In this document: positions 44,591-57,133 of the stretch, piece by piece
How the letters are laid out: each line of letters opens with the position of its first letter
Numbering within the stretch: the stretch's first letter is position 1
From: the human T2T-CHM13v2.0 reference genome, Homo sapiens
Reading direction: 5' to 3' (one strand)
NCBI RefSeq assembly: GCF_009914755.1
Contig: NC_060944.1
Length of the DNA: 64,000 nucleotides
Program-made: the position numbers and the translations under genes
The notes under the pieces: generated by a model
Seen by the model: the letters and a program-made list of their open reading frames with translations, nothing else
The model's database searches: none
Told to the model about the DNA's origin: nothing

Positions 44591-45729
44591 TGACATATTG
44601 ATAAGGGTTAGGTTAAGAAAGCTTTGCTGTCCTTCACTTTAAGTGAGGTCTATACTGTCAGACATAATATCAAAAATCTTAATTCCCATTTGGAAATTTG
44701 CCTTTTGATCTAGTGATAAACTCCACTAGGACTTTATCCTAAGGAAATAATAAACATTTAGCAGAAACAAAATGTACCACTGTATTTATTTAATAATTCT
44801 TGTATCCATTTATGAAATATTTATCAAGCACCTACTATGTTCACGGAATTGTCTCAAATATTCAAAATCTCAGCCTGCTGAAAGTTCATGGCATATTTCT
44901 AGCAATGAAAAATTTGAATTAAAGATCACAGAAATACCTAACAAGGATTGATTAGTTTATTATAATTGTGTTTATATATTAGAAAACAATTTTTCCATTT
45001 AAAATAATTTTATAAATTTTAAAATATATTTATAACTTTTTAAGTAACATATAACTTACATAAAATAATTTACATGCTATGACCATACTTGTAAATTAAT
45101 ATGCTTACAAAACTGCTTTAAAAGATGTTATTTATTTTGGGATGTTGTGGGATGTTGTAAAATATTTAGGCTTTGCTTCTATCTATGTTTTCTATTTTAT
45201 CACTAATAAACATATATATCATGACAATAAATATAATGTTTTCAAAATTAAAAACAAATGTAGAATATAATTTTTATAGGATAATATCTGTAATACATAA
45301 AATCTACATTTAACTTTTAAATAATAAATTAAAACCTTTGGAATCAATTTCCAGAAAAATACTGAAATTAATATTGCCATACCCATTACATATTTACTTT
45401 ATTTTAACATTTTTGAATGGTACACATCCTTTGACCCAGCAAGTACATCTCTAAGGATTTAATTAATAGATACACTTACACATGCACACAATGTTCATTT
45501 CAGCATTGTTTGAAATAGCACAACTAAAAACAATGGAAATAACTATCAATTAAAGGATGAAGTACAATCCACATAATAGGATGTTTTACAGCAATACAGA
45601 TAATGAGGCAGCTCCCCATAAACTGATATGAAAATGGAAAAAAAGATACAGAATAATAAGTTCATTATAATATATTTTACTAATTAATTTGTACATATAT
45701 AAATATAAAGCATTAATAAGAATCTGACG

Positions 45730-46035
45730 TTTTTATTTTTTTTTGGCGGGGGAGAACAGAGCCTCGCTCTGTTAGCCAGGCTAAAGTACAGTGGCTCAAT
45801 CTCGGCTCACTGCAACCTCTACTTCCCGGGTTCATGCAGTGCTCCTGCCTCAGCCTCCTGAGTAGGTGGAACTACAGGGGTGCACCACCAAGCCTGGCTA
45901 ATTTTTGTATTTTTAATAGAGACAGGGTTTCACCATGTTTGCCAGGCGTGTTTCGAACTCTCGGCCTCAAGCGATCCACCCTTCTCTGCCTCCCAACGTG
46001 CTGGGATTACAGGCGTGAGCCACCGTGCTTGGCCA
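45730..46035 (-). mobile_element. Alu (old, Jb/Sz-like) within degraded L1M sequence
   Basis: Full antisense dimer ending GAGCCACCGTGCTTGGCC. Confidence 0.93.
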
Positions 46036-46611
46036 TATGATTATTTTTGGTGAGGGTAAGATTTTATACTTTTCATTTTATATCATGTAATACTGTTAAG
46101 TTTCGTTTTTGTTTTCAGGTTTTATGATTGAAAACTTTACATATATATTTCAAAAATAATCTGAAATAAAATGTTCTATTAGTCTTTCTCTTTGTATGTA
46201 TTGATGACAGTATACACATATATTTCATCTTAAATTATAAATAGTCATAAAACTCCATTCAAATCTATTTTGTAATAACCACTTTCACTAAGTATAATAC
46301 CATTTTGAGACAGCAATGGGACAACAGTCATCTTAAAGATATTTTACTCTCTTTCTTTCTGAAAACACAATGATAGAAAGTATTTGCACATTTGAACTAT
46401 AGTCTATGGGCATCTTTATTTCCTTTGCATATCTTTGAGATGACTGTATTTACTTTCTGAAGAACTCATTTATTCAACAATTTGATACAAAATTATCAGA
46501 ACTTAATTTTGTGTACATCACTGTTTAGCAAGTTCTTGTACACAGCAGAGTGTGCGATCTAGAAATCTTTGGGCCATATGTAGCTTACTGATGGCTCAAC
46601 TTTTTGGCTCA

Positions 46612-46998
<387 letters not shown>

Positions 46999-47764
46999 AT
47001 GTAACTCTTTGCTAACGAACTAGCATTTTAAAATTGGAAGATTTCTCATAGAACTCGCATGTTTTGTCTCACCCACCTCGAAAAAATCAGATCTTAAATT
47101 TGACCTGCATTCCCACTGAGAAACTCTCGCTAGAACTAAAGAGCAACTGTTTCCTTTAGTTCGGGCAGGCCGAAAACTCCCCTATCTTTCGTAGTCCCCA
47201 CCAGTCCGGAATTAGTTACACCCTGTTTGTGTGGCCTTATTTGTTCTACATGCATCCCAAGTTTATTGCCCACGAATTAAAAGAAGAATATGGGCAGAAG
47301 GGAAAAATAGCTCCATGAGGAATTAAAACATACTAGAAAGCTCGAAACAATTATGATAGTGTGGTATTGAACCACAGATAGACAAATTGACCAATGGACT
47401 AAAAGAGAAAGCACGAAATAGAAACAAGTACATATGGAAATTTAGCATGTGATAAAAGTACTGTCTTAAACCACTGAGAAGAAAAGCAGCAACTTTTACA
47501 TATATGATGCAGGGACAATGCATTAGCCATTTGTAAAAAGAAAAATTATATTCAAACCTCACGCTGTAAGAATAAACTTCAAATGGCTTACATATCTAAA
47601 CACAAAATAATGAAACCACACATGGACTAGAAGAAAACATGAATGGATTTCTCCAACCTCTAGGGTAGTCTAGGGAAAGACTTTCTAATCATGGCTCAAA
47701 ATCTAGAGGTAAGGAAAGAGAAGATTGATAAATTTCAGTGCATAAAACATGCATTAAAAATTAT

Positions 47765-48109
<345 letters not shown>

Positions 48110-48559
48110 TCATGAGTTCATGATACATACCACAGACATAGATAATATCACCAATATCAGAGAAATATTATAAATTATGGAGCAGAGTTCTAAAAACCTG
48201 ATAGAAAAATGGCAATAGATACAAACAGGTAATTCACAATAAAGAAAATAAAAATAGCCTTTAAAATATTAAAAAAGCTCACATCTATTCATAATTAGAA
48301 AATCACAAATTAAAATTATGCTTTTTCCCATCTATTGGATTGACGAAAATTTCAAAATAGGACAACACATTCCGTTGGCAAGGCTCTGGGGAAATAGCCA
48401 CCCCTTACATTGCTGGTAGCAATGCAAATTAGAGGGACCTTCTGGAAGGAAACTTGGCAATATCTAAGAAAACTGCATGAACCCTTATCTCTTCACCCAG
48501 CAATCCTACCTCTAGGAGTCTATCCTGAAGATACATTTCCAATAATACAAAAATAATTA

Positions 48560-48939
<380 letters not shown>

Positions 48940-49221
48940 TCATGTACAGTAGTTGAAGAAATGGTGGTGCAGCCCCACAGTGAAGTCCTGCTGTGCAGCT
49001 GTGTTGCTGAATGAGGATGGTTTCTAAAAATGGATATGTGGTGACATCCAGGAAACACCGTTAAGTGAAAAAGACAAAGCATTAAGGATGCCTGTAGTGT
49101 GCTACACTTCATGTAAGAAACAAGAGGATATTGTAAAATATGCATGTGTCTGCTGATTTGTGTCAAAAAGTGATACAGGAAGGATAAACCAGAAAATAAA
49201 AAGGCTGGTTGGTTATGTATG

Positions 49222-49223
<2 letters not shown>

Positions 49224-49254
<31 letters not shown>

Positions 49255-49271
49255 TGTGTGTGTCTGTGTGT
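49224..49271. repeat. (TG)n microsatellite with TC interruptions
   Basis: Direct reading. Confidence 0.95.
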
Positions 49272-50143
49272 TCTGGAATACAAACAATAACAAATGAATG
49301 CATAATCACAGAGAAGAAAGGGAGAAGAAATGAGCTGAGTAGCTTTAAAATGACAATATTTAGTCTGCAAAGTTAAGGTAAAAGACAAAAAGCACTATCT
49401 ACGAATATTCTTCTCTACTTAATAAATTTGTTTCTGACATATGTATAGGTTAGCAGCTCTGGAACTACTTTATATGTATACTAGGATTGAACAAATGAGT
49501 AAATATATTGTGGATACTGAGAGCTGGGTTTCTCCCTATCAGAGAAACAAAATACACACAAGGAAAGAGGGAAGGCTGTGGTGCTGGATTGAAGTTATAG
49601 GATCAGTATGAATTTATGTTTGTTTATATATACTCACACACATACACATATGCACACAAACAGGTGGATAGATAAATAAATATACATGTTTGTGTATGTG
49701 CGGGTACATATACAGATGACTTTTTACCTTTAACTGCTGCAAGGGCCTAGAGGCAATGGCACTTGGGCAGCAATCAGCATGCCTTCCATCAAGATCTTAG
49801 TTTCTAAATATTATTCTCCAATAAAAAAGATAGACTCCTTGGTTAATTTCAGGGATAGGGTAGAGAAAATACCAGATGAATGTGGAACTTCTCTTGGTGA
49901 CAGAAAGTTAGAAAGTGCTTTTTATTAAAGAAAGAAAAAAAAAAGGCCGCTTGTAAAAGGACACAGAATCTACCCAGTAGGAGTTCTCAGCAAAAACTGG
50001 CACTAGTATGAGCCCAAAACATGATATATTAAGTTATAACACACAGAACAAAACAAGTATCCATGGAAGTAACACAAATAAATAGCCAAATAATAAAAAA
50101 GGAGAAAGGACAGCTCTTTTTTACTGTAGAATTTCTATCACTA

Positions 50144-50434
50144 GGCTGGGTGTGGTGGCTCACACCTGTAATCCCAGCACTTTGGGAGGCCGAGACAGTC
50201 AGATCATGTGAGGTCAAGAGTTCCAGACCAGCCTGACCAACATGGCGAAACTTCGTCTCTACTAAAAATACAAAAATTAGCTGGGTGTGGTGGCTCACTT
50301 CTGTAATCCCAGCTACTCGGGAGGCTGAGGCAGGAGAATCCCTTGAACCAAGAGGCGGAGGTTGCAGTGAGCCGAGATCATGCCACTGGACTCCAGCCTG
50401 GGCGACAAGAGTGAAACTCTGTCTTAAAAAAAAA
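50144..50434 (+). mobile_element. AluSq/Sp-like
   Basis: Full dimer, ACAAGAGTGAAAC; degraded TSD starting AGAATTT. Confidence 0.96.
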
Positions 50435-53400
50435 GAATTTAAACCACCAAATACCAAATATAGAGGGAATGAAAAAAATTAAAAAGTCATCATCAAGCAA
50501 TCACAAATAATAATTATCTCAGGCAAGAACCATTGATGGATGCTAAGATGTATGGAGGAAAAAGGACTAGAAACAAGATAGTTGCATAGTCTCAAAGTAT
50601 CTGCCCACAAGATACTTATTAATTATAAAGAAAAAAGGAGTAATTTTAGAGCAGAGAAATCCAGTAGACACCATAGTAAAACAAAATGATCCAGGTTTAC
50701 ATCACCAGTCATAAGATGTGTTGACATCACCTACCTCTAGTATGAAGCACAGAGAAGGGCACCATATCACATTTGTGCTATTCTTGACAAAAGTGCATAA
50801 CAGCAGTCTAATCACAGGGAAAACAAAATAAAACCAAACCTAAAGATAAACTATAAAATAATTACTTAAAAACACCAAAAATCATAAAAAATAAGGAAAG
50901 ATGGAGCAACTGGCACAAACCTGAAAATATGAAGGAGACATGAAGAACCTTAGCGGAAAACTGGGGAAATTTGAATAAATTCTTCTAATTAGTTAATATT
51001 TTTAACCATATCAATTTCCTTATTTTGATGATTAAATTCTAAAGTTATAAATTGTTCAAGATTTAGGAAATCTGTATGAATGGTATGTAAGAACTATCTG
51101 TACTATTTTTGTAACTTTTAAATTATTGAAATTAAATATTTGAAATAATAAAATTATTTCAAAATAAAAAGTAGGAAATCATACTTAAATCAATCAGACT
51201 CTTGGAAGTTGGTCTTAGAATAAGCTGAAAAATGTTGGGAAAGGAATTACTGAAGAGAAATGATAATAATAGGAAGTCAGAAAAAATTGTATAGTTAGCA
51301 TTTTTTAAAAATGTAAAAATTGAAATGATGTTTCAAATCTTAGGGGACAATAATTGATATACTTAAATGAAAACAGGTGGACAAAGAGAAAGACAAAATA
51401 CTAAAATACCCAGCACTCAATTTGAAAAGATATAAAAAGTATGTGTAAGTGTGACTGATTTGAAAGATCAAGTTCAGCTGGGCTAAATAAATTCGTTTCT
51501 ATATTTTCCAAAATGCAATCTTATCTCTCTTATTGAAGTAAACCTAAAGCTAAATAAAAATAAAGACGAGTGTGTGTTTGATAAAATTCCAGAAAGGTTG
51601 CTGGAGCCCAGAAACCATGTGATATTCTAAAGATGTCAGAATTTGGCCCTCAAGGATGGCAGTTGGTTATGAATGTCAACCTTTAACTCTGGGGCTATCA
51701 CTAGATCCCCAAGTAAGATTTTGCTGTTTAAAATTTTTTCATTCTTCTGTTGCCTCCCAATTGTATGGGCAAAGCAGGTTTTATCACACTTTGTAAGTTC
51801 ATCACATGTAATTTTATTTCTGCCACGCTAGATTAAATTTAAGGGTCACTGAAGTCAGGAGCCACTGACCTTTGCCCTGTTAATGGTTCTCACCATTAAT
51901 ACTTGACCCTAAAAGCTATGTATACAATAAACCATATTTATAGGGTGGAGGGAAGGGAAGAGCAGAAACAAAGTGAATGGAGTGATTATTTGTTTTGCCA
52001 TGCTGTGCAGAGATTAGGAATGTTCACACAGTCTATACGGATGGCCTGGGACTGGCTGCCTTTTATGGTGTCTGAACAAAACATGAGGATGGAATCACAT
52101 GTGAGGGTAATACTCACAATGAGATCCTAGCGTATCTCAATTGCTCCGGTATTGCTGACACTTCACCTTCATCACGCTTTAACCAGAGCTCTTGTACTCT
52201 GGTTTTCTTTGGCTGTAAAAGAAGAAAAATAAAGGACACATATTATATTTAAGATTATCCTTGGCAGAAGGGAAAAAAATCGTCAAACAATTTATGTTCA
52301 GCAATTAGAATTGTGAAAGCTCTGAGAAACTGATTTTGGGATTTTGTGAAATCTCTTTCATTACTCCACCTGATTGAAAGAGAACCAACAGAAAAGTCTT
52401 TATGAATTATTATCTCCAGCATTCTGTTCCTGTAAACTTTACAGGCTTTTGTACACTCAGTTACTTCTGGGGTTAGTTTTCTCTTCCTTAACATTTGGGC
52501 AAAATGAGTGAATTTGTTTGCTGCTTTTGCTTTCTTTCTTTTACTTTTTAACGTGTCCAGTATCCAGAATGTTTAATTATTTGCACAATCAATTAAAAGC
52601 CATTTGTTTTTTATTGGTAAGCAACAGCATCTAGGCTGGAGAAAGGGATTCACTTCCTGGGAACAGGGCTTTCAGGTCATTCTGTCTGCCCATCAATTCT
52701 TGGATTAACAGGAAACATTGCTTTCAATGACCCATGTGTATGTGTGCATGTGTGTGTACGTGCACATGTGAAATAGTGCAATATTAAGAGTTGCTAAAAT
52801 ACACATGCAAATATTGCAAAAGAGCCCCAAGTTTATTATTGATTTTCTCACAGGAAGAACCATTATAACTTTTTAGGGAGTAACTAGGCAAAATCTTTTC
52901 TGAAGCTTAGGATATAATTATTTTGGCAATATATAGCCATCCCAAAAAAATGCCTAGTGATTAAGGCAAAGAAATTCTCTTGGTCACAGATTGAGGGAGA
53001 GTCTTGGGCTTATAAAATACTCTATTTCCTCCATTAATTGTGTCCATGTGGAGTTGTAACCAAGTAGCTGAAACAAATAAAACTTGAGTAATGTTGTTTC
53101 CTTTTAAAATATTTTACTTAATGTGTGGAAGAGGTTTGAACTCATTAAACATGCACTGTTCCTTTTGCTCAAACCCCCAACCCCACCCCCCCTCAAAGAA
53201 TACCCCTACTCCAAGTCAGTCCTCCTGAAACGTTCCAGCAATGCCTATAGCACCACTGTCTCCCCTTCCCTGGGAGGCAGGCTCCTTTAGCCACTCTCTA
53301 ATTTGAGGTGTACGTGGAAAGGAAAGCAGAGAATGTAGTTAGCCTGGGGCCCTGCAAACCTCTTCTCTTTGACTTGGCCTGGAACTGAAGCTAAATAGTC

Positions 53401-54218
53401 CATTTTGTTTTACTGTAGTTTCCATGATAATTCTAATTTGTTATACTTCTGAAAACTTTGGTGAGAATTCCTGGTATTTTAAGAAGGATTCTTCTTGTGA
53501 AAGAATGAGGTGGTTTTATGAGAGAGGGTACATTTTCCCTACGCACTGAAGCTGGGAGTCAGTGGATTTGGACAGGAAAAGCCAGGTGGCAAAAAGAAAG
53601 GAGAAACTGGAAAGAGAGAATGTGTGTGTGAGTGGAGAGTTGAACTTCTTTTTCTTGTGCTGGCTTATCACATCTGTCCATTTCTCAGGCTGCAAAACTC
53701 ACCAGAGTTAACAGAGAAGCCTTCTCTTAGGCAAGTTCCCTCAAGTTACGTAAGATAGAGCAAAGCTTTTTATTTACTTCCCCCTGTTCTTTCCCTTATT
53801 GTGAAAGAAGCTACAGGAATGGATAGTTCTTATTCTCCTTAATGTAGACACAAAAAGCCATGGGGAGATAGAACAGGATTTAGACCATTTTTAGTAAATT
53901 ATTTTCTCCCATGATTGTCTACATATACAGTCAAGAATATCTGGGGTATTTGGGCAATGATATTTAGAGAAAGCAAGCTAAGAAATCTGCATATGACAGA
54001 ATTACCTTTGGATCTTATAAATTCTAAATGGGGATTGTTTTAAAACATATTCCTTAAATATCAACAGACGTATTTTGAGATCCTCGAAATATCAACATAG
54101 TGATGGGTTCATTCATCTTTTCCTTCAGTGCGTGGTGGGTGGGTGAGATCATTCCCCTGCTAGTCTTCTCTTTTAGGGATCAACACATCAAGGGCTTCCT
54201 CCAAACACCTTCTGCAGA

Positions 54219-54276
54219 GAGTCAGGGCTTTGAATTTAATGAGTCAGACTTTTCCTGTTAGGCTGAGTCAAACTTT
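54219..54276. promoter_or_regulatory. Candidate AP-1/ARE motif cluster
   Basis: TGAGTCA at 54240 and 54264 (second is GCTGAGTCA) plus AGAGTCA at 54218; motif only. Confidence 0.35.
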
Positions 54277-54735
54277 ATTTTCGTCTGTCACCACTGGGAA
54301 GTGTAGAGCTATGATACAGTCCTTCAGGTTTACCTCTTCGAGTTTAAGGATGCATGAAAAATGAGAAAGGCTATTAACTTTCAATATGATTCATTTCTGG
54401 ATGCTTTTCAATCTCTCTCTCTCTTTTCCTCTCTTTTCATGTACTGTGGGGGAAGAATGCAGCTATAAATGTGTTATAGACAGTACATAGTGAATGAACC
54501 TATTCTTAGGGTATAATTTTCCCTCTTCGTGGTAACACTATAATTTAAATGTACAGAGAACAAGCAAGTAGACTATGTGAGGTAGATCAAGATTTCTTTA
54601 TTCAGTGAAGAGCTGAACTTCCCAATTAGAAGTATCCTGGCCAATGATATGGCCAGAATGTAATAAAAAGATTTTACAAATTGGAAGATATTATTTTTAC
54701 TATTTCAAAAGGAATCTTTAATAGAACTACTGATT

Positions 54736-55677
54736 ATTTTATTAATTTTTATTGTAGTGAAATATATATAACATAAAATGTATCACTTTTACCACTTTTA
54801 AGCGTACACTTCAGTAGCATTAAAACACATTCACAGTGTTGTTCAGCTGTCACTACTATTCTTTTCCAGAACTTTTTATTATTTCCAAACAGAGACTTGC
54901 TATGTATTAAGCAATAAGTCCTATTCTTCCCTTCCTTCAGCCCTTTGCAATCACAGCGCTAATTTCTGTCTCTGTGAATTTGACTATTTTAGGTTCCTCA
55001 TATAAGTCAATTCACAAAATATTTCTCCTTTTATGTATGGCTTATTTCACTTAGCATAATGTTTTCAAGGTTCATTCATTCTCTAGCATTCTGCACCATG
55101 TGTCAGAATTTCATTCCTGTTCATGGCTGAATAATATTCCATTGTATGAATATACCCCTGGATTTTTTCAAAAACATATTCATCTGTTGACGGACAGTTG
55201 AGTTGTTATCATTTTTGACTATTATGAATAATGCTGCTATGAGCATTGACATGCAAGCATCCATTTGAATCTTTACTCTCAATTGTTTTGCATACATATC
55301 CACAAGTAGAATTAGTCTATTATATGGTAAGTTTGTGTTTAAATTTTTGAGGAACTACCAAACTGTGTTTTACAGTGGTAGCATTATTTTACATTTCTAT
55401 CAACAGTGCACAAATGTTCCAATTTCTTTACATTCTTGTCCACACTTGTCTGGTTCTGCTTTTATAATGCCCACCCTCATGGATATGAAGGGCATCTCAT
55501 TGTGGGTTTTGGTTTGCATGTTCATAAAAGTTAGTGAGGTTAAGCATCTTTTCATGTGCTTATCAACTATTTGTACATTTTCCTTGGATAAATGTGTATT
55601 CATTTCTTTTGCCAATTTTTGAATTGGGCTTTGTTGTTGTTATTCAATTTTATGCGTTCTTTATAAAATATATTCTG
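54736..55677 (-). mobile_element. L1MB-type 3' end with ORF2 remnant
   Basis: Antisense L1MB 3' UTR; minus ORF 55400-55615 reads as ORF2 (AKEMNTHLSKENVQIVDKHMKRCLTSL). Confidence 0.9.
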
Positions 55678-56039
55678 ACCTTTCTACTTCTTTTCAGTCA
55701 GATGTTTGCATGCTACATCAAAATGAATTCTCTTACATGAATTATTTTACTATATTATTATGTCATTTTATATATGTGTGTATGTATAAGAGTAGATAAT
55801 TTCATGTATATAGTGTGTGTCTTATGTATATGCATGTGTGTGTTCATAAATTTTAGGAAATTAAGTTAAAATTTTTTTTGTTTTATTTAGCCATCCTCAA
55901 TCAGAGACACTAAAATAATAGTATATAAACAACAAAAAGTAAGTAGTTCCTCTTGAGTTATTTAATTCTTGGTCATTTCTAATATGTTTCAAAGTGAAAT
56001 AAGCAGTAATTTGTATTAACTTTAATGTAAATCTGACTT

Positions 56040-56212
56040 AATAGTTAAGATCTTGGTTTCTGGGGGTAGCCTGCCTGGGTTGGAATAACATTCTGTCACT
56101 TACTGTCTTGTTTAGTCTCTCTAAGCCTCACCTTCCTCATATGAAAGTTGAGATAATAGTAGTTACATAGGACTATTGTGGGAATTAAATGAAGAAACCT
56201 AGTGAAGTGATC
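56040..56212 (+). mobile_element. MIR
   Basis: CTGCCTGGGTT..AAT...CACTTACT...TCTCTAAGCCTCACCTTCCTCAT...GGAATTAAATGA. Confidence 0.75.
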
Positions 56213-57107
56213 TCTGCGGGTCTTACCTCAGAACCCACTTGGTGCTAGAGAATCCTTTAATAACACAGGAAGTTCATAACCCCTAGAGATGCTTTCCTAG
56301 ACCTGCAGGTAGAAGCCGTGGCATGGATTTTACCACTGTATTGCAGGGTAATCATCAGAATTCCTCCGAGGTAAAGAAATGAACAAGAAATTCTTATGGC
56401 TTGAGAGCCCGAGTACATTTTAAAATGAGGAAATGCCAACTCAGGGTTATTAAAATGTGGTATATTTTAAATGCCTGTGTCTAACAAATAAACAGTTAAC
56501 GCACATATACATGGGTACACACAAACACATTGACTGTATATGACTTAACTTGGTGATAAGATCAAAAGTCTAAACTTTATGTTTTAATCAATGAGAGGCC
56601 TAGGCCAATCTCCTGCTGCCTACCACCACTATCCCATGATAACCGCTGGCAGTCCACAAAAATAAGACACCATGGCAGATTAGGGCTCAAATAAACATGT
56701 GTATCATTTACTCTAGTGGATTTCATATTCTGATGCCCAAATTTTAAAAACATATGAAAGTGGAGCTTCCATGGTTGAGGTAGGATGGGTTGTTGAGGCT
56801 GCCTGGCCCACCAACCTATTTCTATTAGAGACGTTGGGGACAAAAACATAACCCATGGCTTCATAAAACAAGTTTGGAAATGATTGCTTTAGTCTAATTT
56901 TATAGATGTCCTCCTGTATCCTATAATCTAAGGCATGAGTATTAGGGAGGAGTCGTGCACAAAGGTGAAAATTGCTAATTAGTGAAAATATACAACATGT
57001 GGCCCTGGAGAAATAAACTGATATTAGCATTTTAATTTTAAAGAAGTTGAAATTAACCCTGGGCACAGGGAGCTGTCAGTTCTACTACTTTATGTAAACC
57101 AATTGCC

Positions 57108-57133
57108 AAGCATGTCTAAAGTCAAACATGTCT
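57108..57133. promoter_or_regulatory. Candidate p53-family response element (two perfect half-sites, 6-bp spacer)
   Basis: AAGCATGTCT-aaagtc-AAACATGTCT; both decamers match RRRCWWGYYY; motif only. Confidence 0.35.

Noticed and set aside
43100-45720. Probable very old L1M/L2 fragments (also 31700-32290 and 47020-47270)
   Set aside because: Too degraded to assign family or boundaries by eye.
55400-55615. Minus-strand ORF resembling L1 ORF2
   Set aside because: Fossil L1MB remnant, short and interrupted.
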